Positions 16,830 through 26,151 of a stretch of 32,000 bases of DNA are shown piece after piece. Under the pieces are notes generated by a model that saw only the letters and a program-made list of their open reading frames with translations, was not told where the DNA came from and ran no database searches. This DNA is from Erysipelotrichaceae bacterium (lineage in GTDB: Bacteria; Bacillota_I; Bacilli_A; Erysipelotrichales; Erysipelotrichaceae): positions 300,001 through 332,000 of the forward strand of contig OY760660.1 of the NCBI GenBank assembly GCA_963663995.1, given 5' to 3'. A program made the translations under genes and the position numbers. Each line of letters starts with the position of its first letter. The stretch's first letter is position 1.

Positions 16830-17764
16830 GAAACATTATTATTGATTGTGATCCTGGCCATGATGATATGTTGGCTATTATGGTTGCTTTGGCAAACAAG
16901 GACAAATTAAATTTATTAGGAATTAGCACAGTTACGGGGAATCAAACCATCGATAAAGTAAGCCAAAATGCATTAAATATTCTGACATTACTTAAGGATG
17001 AATATATTCCAGTGTGTAAAGGTAGCGCAACACCACTAATCAAAGCAGTTAATATTGGTGTTGGTCATGATATGCATGGTGAATCTGGTTTGGGTGGCTA
17101 TGAATTAGAAAAATCTAGTTTAAACTTTGTTGAAGAGAATGTTGTAGATTTCATAAAAAGATTAATTGATGAAGCGAGTGATAAAGTAACACTTGTAGCT
17201 ACTGGACCACTCACCAATATTGCTAAATTATTAACGGTTTATCCAGAAATTAAAAATAAAATTGAGATGATTTCACTCATGGGTGGATCACTATTGTCAG
17301 GCAACATAACTGAACATGCAGAGTTTAATGTTTGGGCAGATCCTGAAGCAGCACAGATAATCTTTAGTTCAAAAATGCCGATAGTCGCAGCTATGTTAGA
17401 AGCAACACATCAAGCTTTTTTACCTTATGAAACAATTATTGAACTATCAAAATCACAACATAAAGTGTCTGAAATCATTGGAAAACTAAATTACTTTCAT
17501 GCTCAGTTTTTTAAAGATATTTGGGATATGCGAGGTGTTCCTGTACATGATGCGTGTTCAGTCTTGTATTTAATCAAGCCTGAAATATTTAAGAAGAAAC
17601 AATATGAAATATCTGTTGTTGCTGATGGATTCCTAAGAGGAAAAACGATAACAGATATGCGAGATTGGGCTAACCATTCAAATAGCAAAACTGAAATACT
17701 TATAGAAACAAATGGTGAAATTTTCTTAGAAGAATTACTAAAAGTTATTCATAGTTTTAATTAA
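16826..17764 (+). CDS. Nucleoside hydrolase (IUNH family), paralog 1
   Basis: N-terminal IIDCDPGHDDMLAI (DxDxxxDD), ATGPLTNIA and EFNVWADPEAA. ATGA overlap with the kinase gene. Confidence 0.9.
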   Translation: MRNIIIDCDPGHDDMLAIMVALANKDKLNLLGISTVTGNQTIDKVSQNALNILTLLKDEYIPVCKGSATPLIKAVNIGVGHDMHGESGLGGYELEKSSLNFVEENVVDFIKRLIDEASDKVTLVATGPLTNIAKLLTVYPEIKNKIEMISLMGGSLLSGNITEHAEFNVWADPEAAQIIFSSKMPIVAAMLEATHQAFLPYETIIELSKSQHKVSEIIGKLNYFHAQFFKDIWDMRGVPVHDACSVLYLIKPEIFKKKQYEISVVADGFLRGKTITDMRDWANHSNSKTEILIETNGEIFLEELLKVIHSFN

Positions 17765-17768
17765 TATT

Positions 17769-17810
17769 AAAAGGACTTAACGGTATGCAACTGTTGAGTC
17801 CTTTTGATTT
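17769..17810. terminator. Terminator hairpin between convergent genes
   Basis: AAAAGGACT...AGTCCTTTT is a perfect 9-bp stem with extra inner pairs, followed by T residues on the plus strand. The same hairpin could serve the convergent deaminase gene. Confidence 0.7.
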
Positions 17811-17839
17811 ATTTAAACCTTTAAATCGAAGAAATAGAA

Positions 17840-19153
17840 TCAATTTTTCTTTAAAGAATTAGATATTTCCTTTTCCATTTTATTAAATTCTGCCATTTGT
17901 TCTTGTGTTTCTTTGATAATTTCTTGAATATCTTGACCGACGAGTTCTTTATTTTTAACACGTTGAATACCATTGACCCAAACAGAATCAACATTTCGAG
18001 CTTGAGCACTATAGACTAGTACAGCATATGGGTCATGAACAGGAAACATATTAACTGATTGCGTTTCAATTAAAACTAAATCTGCTTTCTTACCAATTTC
18101 TATTGATCCAACTTTATCATCTAGTCCTAAGACTCTGGCACCACCAATGGTTGCGATGGATAATAAATCTTTGGAAGGGAAAAGGGAGCGATCTTTGTTT
18201 AAATTCTTATGCATTTTTGCGGCAACATTTAACTGCATAAACATATCAAGATGTGAACCACTACCTGGTCCATCAGTTCCAAAACCGACATTAACACCTG
18301 CTTCTACATATTCTTTTAAAGGTGCGATGCCTTTAGCGGCTTTAGTATTTGCATTAATACAATGAGCTACACCTACATTGTATTTCTTAAGAATTTCTAT
18401 ATCTTTCGCATTAGCGGTAATTGTATGAGCAGAAATAAATTTGTCATTTAATAGTCCCATGCTCTCTAGAAATTGAATTGGTGTTGTGTTTTTCTTATTG
18501 AAATACTCTAATTCATAATCCATTTCAGAAACATGCATACTTACATGACAATTTGTCTCTTTAGCGAAGTCTCTGATTTTGTATAACATTTTTTCGCTTA
18601 CGGTTGTGGTTGCATGAGGACCAAGACATGGTGTAATGGTAGGGTGACCGGTCCACTTTTTAACAAGTGCACAAGCTTTATCAAATCCTTCTTCTTCATT
18701 TCTTGCATCACATAAATCTTTATCTAAAATAGTTTGTATAACAACCGCTCTTAGTCCCATTTCTTCATATAATTGCGCAAGATCATCACAGTAATAATAC
18801 ATATCAGCCACTGTTGTCATACCACATAGTAAACTTTCAGCAGCACCAATCTTTGCACTTGCGACAGATAAGGACTTATTCATCGTTGCTTTTTCTAAGG
18901 GGAATACAAACAATCTTAATCGATCATATAAGTCATCTTGAAGTGATCTAAATGGGATCATTGATAAATGTGCATGAGTATTAATAAAACCAGGTGTTAA
19001 AATACCATTTTTACCATCGATTCTATGATCGTAATCAACGTCTTCATTGATAGCGACAATATTTTCATCTTCAAATGTTATTGAAGAATTATAGTAAGTA
19101 TTTTGTTGAGGATCACAAGTTAAAATCGTGACATTATCTATTCGTGTTCTCAT
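17840..19153 (-). CDS. Amidohydrolase-superfamily deaminase (MtaD / nucleoside-nucleobase deaminase-like)
   Basis: Zinc and catalytic residues appear in the order typical of MTA/SAH/adenosine, guanine and cytosine deaminases: GFINTHAHLSM (HxH), SMHVSE, AHCI and GFGTDG. AGGAG RBS. ATGA overlap with the upstream LacI gene. Confidence 0.8.
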   Translation of the reverse strand: MRTRIDNVTILTCDPQQNTYYNSSITFEDENIVAINEDVDYDHRIDGKNGILTPGFINTHAHLSMIPFRSLQDDLYDRLRLFVFPLEKATMNKSLSVASAKIGAAESLLCGMTTVADMYYYCDDLAQLYEEMGLRAVVIQTILDKDLCDARNEEEGFDKACALVKKWTGHPTITPCLGPHATTTVSEKMLYKIRDFAKETNCHVSMHVSEMDYELEYFNKKNTTPIQFLESMGLLNDKFISAHTITANAKDIEILKKYNVGVAHCINANTKAAKGIAPLKEYVEAGVNVGFGTDGPGSGSHLDMFMQLNVAAKMHKNLNKDRSLFPSKDLLSIATIGGARVLGLDDKVGSIEIGKKADLVLIETQSVNMFPVHDPYAVLVYSAQARNVDSVWVNGIQRVKNKELVGQDIQEIIKETQEQMAEFNKMEKEISNSLKKN

Positions 19154-20148
19154 TTTTTATCTCCTGTTGTACTTCTAATCATTAAGCGTGTATTAATACC
19201 ATTTGTAAAATCATTGAGATTTTTAGACTCTATCTTCTCAATAAGATTAATGGTACTATCCCAACCCATCGCATAGCGATTTGGACTAAAACTTGTAAGA
19301 GGTGTTTCTAAATAGATATTAAATTCAATATCATCATAACCAATCACTGACATTTGTTCAGGCACTTTAATGTCGAGTTCTCTTAATGCCTTTAATACAC
19401 CATATGCAATTAAATCATTTGAACAACAAACAGCACTTGCTTTTGTAAATTTTAATAAGTTCAGTGATTCGTTATAAGCAGATTCAGCCGTATATGATGA
19501 AATATGGAGAATATTCTTCGGATTAAGCTCAATCTCATGTTCGTTTAAAGCGTTAGTATAACCTTGAAGATAACGTTGTGTATGGGCAAAAACTTCTGGC
19601 CCTACAATACATAAAATATTTTCATGATGATGTTTTATTAAATAATTTGTTGATTCATATGCGCCAATGATATCAGCATAATCCCTATCCTTAATGTTGT
19701 TTTGACTTTTAATAAAACTAATTGGAACATTGATTTTTAACTGATTTTCCATCAGTCGATTTTCAATTTGTACACCAGACAGTAACATACCATCAATATG
19801 ACGTGCTTGAAGGGAAGTGATGTAATCGATTTCCTTTTCTAACTCATTATCGGAATTACATAAGACAAGTGAGTAATTATATTTATTCGCACAATCCTCT
19901 GCACCTCTAATAACTTCTGCGAAAAATGGATTTCGAATATCTGGTAACATCAAAGCGATAAGTTTCATTTGACGATATCGCATACTTTGCGCTAAAAGAG
20001 AAGGCTTATAGTTTTCTTGTTTAATGATTTGTTTAACTTTCTCTATCGTTTTTGGATTTAAATCATGATCTTTGCCATTTAAAATTTTTGAAACAGTAGT
20101 GACAGATACCCCAGAAAGTTCAGCAATTCGTTTAATTGTTACACGCAT
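19150..20148 (-). CDS. LacI-family transcriptional regulator
   Basis: N-terminal HTH VTIKRIAELSGVSVTTVSKILNG followed by a periplasmic-binding-protein-type sugar-binding core. Confidence 0.9.
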   Translation of the reverse strand: MRVTIKRIAELSGVSVTTVSKILNGKDHDLNPKTIEKVKQIIKQENYKPSLLAQSMRYRQMKLIALMLPDIRNPFFAEVIRGAEDCANKYNYSLVLCNSDNELEKEIDYITSLQARHIDGMLLSGVQIENRLMENQLKINVPISFIKSQNNIKDRDYADIIGAYESTNYLIKHHHENILCIVGPEVFAHTQRYLQGYTNALNEHEIELNPKNILHISSYTAESAYNESLNLLKFTKASAVCCSNDLIAYGVLKALRELDIKVPEQMSVIGYDDIEFNIYLETPLTSFSPNRYAMGWDSTINLIEKIESKNLNDFTNGINTRLMIRSTTGDKK

Positions 20149-20235
20149 ATTATTTTACCCACTTAAATCTTTCATATTTAGTCTATCAAATTATAAAACT
20201 TATAAACAGGTAATATTTGAAAATTTGTAATTACT

Positions 20236-20258
20236 AAAACGATATAGTAAATCGTTTT
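20236..20258. promoter_or_regulatory. Perfect 8-bp inverted repeat AAAACGAT-N7-ATCGTTTT in the divergent control region
   Basis: Read directly from the sequence. It lies 10 bp upstream of the transporter -35 box and 88-110 bp upstream of the LacI-family gene start. Confidence 0.4.
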
Positions 20259-20267
20259 AAATTTATG

Positions 20268-20296
20268 TTGACGATGATAATGTAATCGTTTACAAT
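20268..20296 (+). promoter_or_regulatory. Promoter of the nucleoside ABC transporter operon
   Basis: TTGACG (20268-20273), a 17-nt spacer, then TACAAT (20291-20296). Confidence 0.6.
20280..20294. promoter_or_regulatory. LacI-family operator / cre site ATGTAATCGTTTACA
   Basis: Matches WTGNAANCGNWNNCW at 15 of 15 positions and TGWAANCGNTNWCA at 14 of 14. It overlaps the spacer and -10 of the promoter above. Confidence 0.6.
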
Positions 20297-20422
20297 TTAC
20301 GTAAATGGTGCACTACATAACTGATATAAAAATTTAAAACAAGTATTAAATTTGTTTTTAATTTATATTAAAATATATGTGCATTATGCATAATTCATTC
20401 ATTTAACAAGGAGGAACAATAA

Positions 20423-21502
20423 ATGAAGAAATTATTAGTCGTTTTTCTTTCATTAATGCTTCTAGCTGCATGTTCATCAGCACCTGCTGACGAAACTCCA
20501 GTTGATGAAGTAGAAATGATCAAAGTAGCGCTTTTAGTTGGTGAGTTAGGGGATTTATCCTTTAATGATTCAGCTGCTCGTGGTGTTAACCAAGCTGCTG
20601 AAGAATTCTCAAATGTTGAAGTCACTATCGTTGAATATGGTGCAAACGCAGTTGATAATTATGAACCTACACTATTAGACACAGCTGATGCTGGCTACAA
20701 TCTTATTTTTGTAAGTTCAACACTTCAAGATTTAGTTGAACAATATGCTCCTGATTACCCAGAAACTACATTTGGTGTATTTGATACTCAAATCGATTTC
20801 TCAAAAGGTGATCTAGGCAATGTTTACGGTATTGTTTACAAAGCTAATGAAGCATCATTCTTAGGTGGTTATTTAGCAGCTAGTTTATCTCAAACTGGTA
20901 CTTTAGCTTTCTTAGGTGGTATGGATATTCCTGTTATTTCTGACTTCTTAGTTGGTTATATTCAAGGTGCTCAAGTAGCTAACCCTGATATTAAAGTAAC
21001 AACGACTTATGCTGGTAGTTGGGGCGATGCTCCTGCTGGTAAAGACTTGGCTAACACAATGTTTGACCAAGGCGCAGATGTTATCTTTAACGTAGCTGGT
21101 GGTACTGGTATTGGTGGTATCGAAGCTTCTGTTGAACGCGGATTATTCTCATTAGGTGTTGATTCTGACCAAGCGATGATCTATGACGCAGATGGTAAAA
21201 CAGACTTTGCTAACGCAATCGTTTCATCAGTTCTTAAAAATGTTGACTACTCACTCTATCGTGCAATCACAATGTATATGGATGGTACTTTAGCAGTTGG
21301 TACTAATGAAACTTTAGGTATTGCTGAAGGTGGTGTTGGTCTTGCTGACAATAAATACTATCAAGCAAACGTAAGTGAAGAAATTAGAACAGCTATTAGT
21401 GATCTTGAAGCTCAAGTTACTGCTGGCGAAATCGAAATCATGAGTGCTTACGGCATGAGTTCAGAAGAAGTTGCTGCAATTCGTGACGAAGTTAAACCTT
21501 AA
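20423..21502 (+). CDS. BMP-family (PnrA/Med/NupN-like) nucleoside-binding lipoprotein of an ABC transporter
   Basis: Signal peptide with lipobox LLAAC|SS. The mature protein shows the BMP-family pattern (VALLVGELGDLSFNDSA, GGYLAA, GVDSDQ). AAGGAGG RBS. Confidence 0.88.
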   Translation: MKKLLVVFLSLMLLAACSSAPADETPVDEVEMIKVALLVGELGDLSFNDSAARGVNQAAEEFSNVEVTIVEYGANAVDNYEPTLLDTADAGYNLIFVSSTLQDLVEQYAPDYPETTFGVFDTQIDFSKGDLGNVYGIVYKANEASFLGGYLAASLSQTGTLAFLGGMDIPVISDFLVGYIQGAQVANPDIKVTTTYAGSWGDAPAGKDLANTMFDQGADVIFNVAGGTGIGGIEASVERGLFSLGVDSDQAMIYDADGKTDFANAIVSSVLKNVDYSLYRAITMYMDGTLAVGTNETLGIAEGGVGLADNKYYQANVSEEIRTAISDLEAQVTAGEIEIMSAYGMSSEEVAAIRDEVKP

Positions 21503-21526
21503 TTTTTAATCAGATTATTAAACATT

Positions 21527-21554
21527 AGTAAGCACTGATTCGTCAGTGCTTACT
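21527..21554 (+). other. Intercistronic 12-bp perfect hairpin with TTCG loop
   Basis: AGTAAGCACTGA-TTCG-TCAGTGCTTACT followed by TTATCTT, lying between the binding-protein gene and the ATPase gene. Confidence 0.6.
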
Positions 21555-21583
21555 TTATCTTATGACCTTGAGGAGGAAAAACA

Positions 21584-23140
21584 ATGCCTAAAAAATATGT
21601 TTTAGAAATGAAAAATATAACCAAAGTTTATCCAAACGGTGTTATTGCCAACAAAGATGCAAACTTGGCTATTGAAGAAGCTGAAATTCATGCATTACTT
21701 GGTGAAAATGGCGCTGGTAAAACAACTTTGATGAAAATTCTTTTCGGAATTGAACAATTAACCAGTGGTGAGATTTTACTTAACGGAGATAAAGTAAAGA
21801 TTTCAAGTCCACTACATGCGATTGATTTAGGTATTGGGATGGTTCACCAACATTTTATGTTGGATGAGCAACTCACAGTGACTGAAAACATTATATTGGG
21901 TATGGAACCAAAAAAAGGCTTAAAACTTGATTATAAGAAAGCCAATGAGATGGTTCTTGAAGTCTCAGAAAAATATAATTTCAAGGTTGATCCAAATAAG
22001 AAAGTTATGGATTTGTCGGTTGGTAAAAAGCAAAAAGTAGAAATATTAAAAGCTTTAATCCGTGGCGCGAAAATCCTGATTTTGGATGAACCTACTGCTG
22101 TTTTAACTCCACAAGAAACGAAAGAATTATTTGAACAATTAAAAATTCTGAAAAGCCAAGGACATTCAATTGTTTTTATTTCTCATAAACTAAATGAAGT
22201 TAAAGAGATTTGTGATCGTGCAACGGTAATGCGTTTAGGTGTTTACCAAGGTACATATCCAATTGAAGAAGTTAGCGTTAAAGATTTATCACGTTTAATG
22301 ATTGGACGTGACGTAGAACGCGAAGTTACTAAGAAAAAACCAAAAGTTGGTGATGTTGTTTTAAAGGTTAAAGACATATCAGTTATTAATGAAGAAGCTA
22401 AAAAAGTGGTTAAAAATGTTAGTTTTTCGGTTAAAAAAGGTGAAATCTTAGGGATTGCTGGAGTTGAAGGTAATGGTCAAAGAGAATTAATTGATAGTAT
22501 CACTGCATTAGATACCAGTTTTAGTGGAAGTATTGAATTATTAGGTATGGATTCATCAAAAGAATTTAGTGTAAAAAATCTGAGAGATCATGGGATGAAT
22601 CATATTCCAGAAGATCGCTTAGTTTATGGTGTTAGTGCAGAAGGTAGTATCCAAGATAACTTAATATCAAATCGTTTTTATAAAGCTGAATATAATTCTG
22701 GTATTTTCCAAAACCAAAGTAAAATCACGGAAGATTCTGATCAATTAATTATACAGTATCAAGTAAAAACAGAAAGTAAAGATACCTTAGTACGTATGTT
22801 ATCTGGTGGTAACATGCAAAAAGTAGTTGCTGCCCGTGAGATGAGTACAGATATGCAAATTTTAGTTGCCGATCAACCTACTCGTGGAATCGATGTTGGA
22901 ACAGCTGCTTTTATTCACGACAAGATTGTTGAATTAAGAGATCAAGGTGTCGCAGTCCTTTTGGTTTCAGCTGATATTCATGAGGTCTTAGAAGTGTCTG
23001 ATAGTTTAATTGTTATGTATGAAGGTGAAATTGCTGCCTATTTTAAAGATTTAAAATCAGTGACTGAAGAAATATTAGGGGAATATATGTTAGGACTTAA
23101 GAAAATGTCCGATGAAGAAATTAGAGGTGCACTATCATGA
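21584..23140 (+). CDS. ABC transporter ATP-binding protein, duplicated ATPase (CUT2 / NupO-RnsB type)
   Basis: Walker A GENGAGKTT, signature LSVGKKQKVEI and Walker B ILILDEP in the first half. GVEGNGQ, LSGGNMQK and LVADQPTRGIDV in the second half. Confidence 0.92.
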   Translation: MPKKYVLEMKNITKVYPNGVIANKDANLAIEEAEIHALLGENGAGKTTLMKILFGIEQLTSGEILLNGDKVKISSPLHAIDLGIGMVHQHFMLDEQLTVTENIILGMEPKKGLKLDYKKANEMVLEVSEKYNFKVDPNKKVMDLSVGKKQKVEILKALIRGAKILILDEPTAVLTPQETKELFEQLKILKSQGHSIVFISHKLNEVKEICDRATVMRLGVYQGTYPIEEVSVKDLSRLMIGRDVEREVTKKKPKVGDVVLKVKDISVINEEAKKVVKNVSFSVKKGEILGIAGVEGNGQRELIDSITALDTSFSGSIELLGMDSSKEFSVKNLRDHGMNHIPEDRLVYGVSAEGSIQDNLISNRFYKAEYNSGIFQNQSKITEDSDQLIIQYQVKTESKDTLVRMLSGGNMQKVVAAREMSTDMQILVADQPTRGIDVGTAAFIHDKIVELRDQGVAVLLVSADIHEVLEVSDSLIVMYEGEIAAYFKDLKSVTEEILGEYMLGLKKMSDEEIRGALS

Positions 23141-24258
23141 TGAAATGGTTTAAGAAATCAAATCAAAAAGAACAAAGTGTTACACAAGCAATAACTAATA
23201 TTGAACGTAAATTTGAAATGTATCGTATTGCGATTGCTATACTCATTTCTTTATCAATTATCGTTATTATTATTGCTTTAGTGGCTGAAGAACCCGTTGA
23301 ATCAATTAAAACTTTAGTTTTAGGACCACTTAGTTCAATAAGAAGGATGGGGAATGTTATTGAGTTAATGATTCCTTTAACCTTTACTGGTTTAGCGATT
23401 ACTATGATGTTTAAAACTCATCGTTTTAATCTATCTGCTGAAGGTGCATTCTATTTAGGATCTATGGTTGCGGTTATGGTGGCATTATTTGCTCCATTTG
23501 GACCATTCTTAAATATTATTGTTGGTTTACTTGCTGGTGCTTTGGCTGGTGGTTTACTAGGTATAGTTCCAGCACTTATTAATCATAAATTTGGTGCAAG
23601 TGAAATTGTTGTTTCATTAATGGGTAACTATATCATTGCCTTCTTGGTTCAATATTTGTTGAACTATGTTGTTCGCGATATCGATTCTTATTCAATTCAA
23701 TCTTATCCATTTCCAGAAGGAACATCCTTATTTCAATTTATTCCTGGTACACGTATTCATATAGGATTGTTTATCGCTTTAGCAGCAGTTCTTGTTTCGT
23801 ATTTGATTTTATATCGTACTAAATGGGGTTATATGTTGCGTATGACTGGTATGAATGAAAAATTTGCGAGATATTCTGGCATTAAAGTTACGACAGTAAT
23901 TATTTTGACTCAATTTATTGGGGCATCGATTGCTGGTCTTGGAGGAGCTGTTGAGATGTTTGGTATCTACACTACTTTCCAATTCGCTCAAAGTCCTGGT
24001 TATGGTTGGGATGGTATTATCATCGCTACCTTGGCTGGTTTAAATCCAGCATTCGTACCGCTTGCAGCACTCTTTATCGCTTACATTAGAGTTGGAGCTG
24101 CTATCTTAAACCGTACGACTAGTGTGCCTTCTGAAATAATGGTTTTCGTTCAAGCTATTATTATTCTCTTCATTGCTTCTAAAGCCTTTATGAGAGCACA
24201 AAAAGAAAAGAAAATTATTGAAACTTCTAAAACATTTTCAACGGAAGGAGCAGAATAA
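23137..24258 (+). CDS. ABC transporter permease (NupP/RnsC-like)
   Basis: Polytopic membrane protein with an ATGA overlap to the ATPase gene. Position and size fit BMP-associated permeases. Confidence 0.85.
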   Translation: MMKWFKKSNQKEQSVTQAITNIERKFEMYRIAIAILISLSIIVIIIALVAEEPVESIKTLVLGPLSSIRRMGNVIELMIPLTFTGLAITMMFKTHRFNLSAEGAFYLGSMVAVMVALFAPFGPFLNIIVGLLAGALAGGLLGIVPALINHKFGASEIVVSLMGNYIIAFLVQYLLNYVVRDIDSYSIQSYPFPEGTSLFQFIPGTRIHIGLFIALAAVLVSYLILYRTKWGYMLRMTGMNEKFARYSGIKVTTVIILTQFIGASIAGLGGAVEMFGIYTTFQFAQSPGYGWDGIIIATLAGLNPAFVPLAALFIAYIRVGAAILNRTTSVPSEIMVFVQAIIILFIASKAFMRAQKEKKIIETSKTFSTEGAE

Positions 24259-25205
24259 TGGATGTTCTACAAATATTTACTAATCCTGGTTTTTGGTACT
24301 CATTAGTTCGATCAAGTACACCACTTATCTTTGCAGGGATGGCTGCTCTAATTGCGGCTCGTGCAGGTATTTTCAATATGTCAATTGAAGGTACGATGTT
24401 GATGAGTGCTTTCTTAGCAGTTGTTGCTTCATGGTATTTCCAAAGTGCATGGATTGGCTTATTAGTTGCTGTTACAGTAGGAACATTAATGGGTCTATTC
24501 TTAGCTTACTTTACCCTTAAACTAGAGGCAGATAATATCCTGGTAGCCATTGCGATGAATCTGTTTGCAACAGGCTTCAGTGTATTCTTACTCTTCTTAC
24601 TAACAGGGGATAAGAGTAATTCATCAGCACTCAATAGTTTGATGTTACCAACGATAAGTTTTGCTTTCTTAGAATCAATACCTTTTATAGGTCCAGTTAT
24701 TAATAATCAGAATATCTTAGTTTATGTAGCATTTATTTCTGTATTTGCAATGCATTTCTTCCTCTTTAAAACGCCATTAGGATTAAGAATAAGATCTGTC
24801 GGTGGGAATGAACATGCTGCTGAATCGGTTGGTGTTTATGTTCACAAGACAAAATACATAGGCTTAGCTATTTCAGGTTTCTTTGCAGGCTTGGGTGGCG
24901 CATTTATGACTTTAGGTTATTTAAGTTTGTTTGTTAAAGGAATGATTGCTGGACGTGGCTTTATTGCGATTGCAGCGGCCAATGTTGGCTTAGTTGCACC
25001 AATTCCTACCATGTTTGCAGCGATTCTATTTGGTTTCTTTGATAATTTAGGTAACAACCTACAACAATTTAATTTTATAAATGAATTCATATTTATGATT
25101 CCTTATGTTGCGACTATTATTATGTTTTCATTCTCTTCATATCGTCGTTTAACTGAGAAAAAACGCTTAAATAAAAAACTCATCAATGCAGCAGAATCAG
25201 AGTAA
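24258..25205 (+). CDS. ABC transporter permease (NupQ/RnsD-like)
   Basis: Polytopic membrane protein. Its start overlaps the previous stop by 1 nt. Confidence 0.85.
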   Translation: MDVLQIFTNPGFWYSLVRSSTPLIFAGMAALIAARAGIFNMSIEGTMLMSAFLAVVASWYFQSAWIGLLVAVTVGTLMGLFLAYFTLKLEADNILVAIAMNLFATGFSVFLLFLLTGDKSNSSALNSLMLPTISFAFLESIPFIGPVINNQNILVYVAFISVFAMHFFLFKTPLGLRIRSVGGNEHAAESVGVYVHKTKYIGLAISGFFAGLGGAFMTLGYLSLFVKGMIAGRGFIAIAAANVGLVAPIPTMFAAILFGFFDNLGNNLQQFNFINEFIFMIPYVATIIMFSFSSYRRLTEKKRLNKKLINAAESE

Positions 25206-26151
25206 TGTATCTATGTTAGAATCTCAAAGAATTCCTTTAATCATTGATTGTGATCCTGGTATTGATGATGCTTTTGCGATTACTTATGCCCATTTATCAA
25301 AAACTTTTTATATAAAAGCAATCGTGAGTGTAGCAGGTAATGTACCAATTGAAAACACTACAGAAAATGCAGATTTTCTTATCACAAAAAGTGCTTTAAA
25401 CTGTCCTCTTATCAAGGGTGCGATTAAACCATTAATTGGTGAGCCAATTATCGCAAAATATGCTCATGGCGCAAATGGTTTAGGTGGTTATGAGTATAAG
25501 AAGGATTTTAATTCATCTTTAATCGATGGCAATCCAAGTGATCTCTTCTATGAACAATTAAAATCATCTAATAAGAAAATCGTAATTGCTGCAATTGGTC
25601 CACTGACCAATATTGCAAAACTTCTTTTAGCATATCCTGATGCAAAAGATTACATTGAATCAATTTATATCATGGGTGGTGCAATCCAAAGAGGAAACTA
25701 CACAGCTCGTGCAGAGTTTAATATTGCAGCAGATCCTTTAGCTGCCAAAATTGTATTTAATGCAGGATTAAAAATGTATGTATTGCCATTGGATACTTCT
25801 GAAGCAGTTCATTTTCATAGGGACTTCTTCTTCAAATTAGAAAAAGGGAATCACATATCAAAAATGCTTTATGAAATTGTTGATGCTAAAGTTGACTTTA
25901 AAAACAACTTAGAACAACCACATCTTTTCTTGCATGATATGCTAACGATTTGTGCGATTTCTCATCCTGAATTCTTTAATTTAATTGAATGTAATATGAA
26001 TGTTGAAACAGAAGGTGTACTTACGAAAGGTGAAACAATCTTTGATTTAAGAGATACGATTAGACGTCTACCGGCTAATGGTACATATCTTGCTTATAAA
26101 GCATCAGAAGAATTAATTAATCATTTCTTGGAGGTATTCTTAAATGACTAA
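25186..26151 (+). CDS. Nucleoside hydrolase (IUNH family), paralog 2
   Basis: LIIDCDPGIDDAFAI, AIGPLTNIA and EFNIAADPLAA. The start is ambiguous: ATG 25186 overlaps the permease gene, and in-frame ATG 25213 is equally possible. Neither has a good SD. Confidence 0.85.
   Translation: MQQNQSNVSMLESQRIPLIIDCDPGIDDAFAITYAHLSKTFYIKAIVSVAGNVPIENTTENADFLITKSALNCPLIKGAIKPLIGEPIIAKYAHGANGLGGYEYKKDFNSSLIDGNPSDLFYEQLKSSNKKIVIAAIGPLTNIAKLLLAYPDAKDYIESIYIMGGAIQRGNYTARAEFNIAADPLAAKIVFNAGLKMYVLPLDTSEAVHFHRDFFFKLEKGNHISKMLYEIVDAKVDFKNNLEQPHLFLHDMLTICAISHPEFFNLIECNMNVETEGVLTKGETIFDLRDTIRRLPANGTYLAYKASEELINHFLEVFLND

Noticed and set aside
11873-17764. Reading the NDT-like and ADP-ribosylglycohydrolase-like genes as an anti-phage defence or toxin-antitoxin module. 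Both folds do occur as effectors or antidotes in such systems.
   Set aside because: There is no partner sensor or effector nearby: no cyclase, TIR, STAND NTPase, ART toxin, nuclease or similar. The neighbours are kinases, nucleoside hydrolases and a nucleoside importer. A metabolic interpretation fits the context better.
20334-20390. Leader elements in the roughly 120-nt 5' UTR of the ABC operon as a riboswitch or attenuator: hairpin TTAAAACAA..TTGTTTTTAA and palindrome TGCAT-T-ATGCA.
   Set aside because: The hairpin stem is purely A/T and imperfect, and the palindrome has only 5-bp arms. I recognise no purine, 2'-dG, preQ1 or other known riboswitch core.
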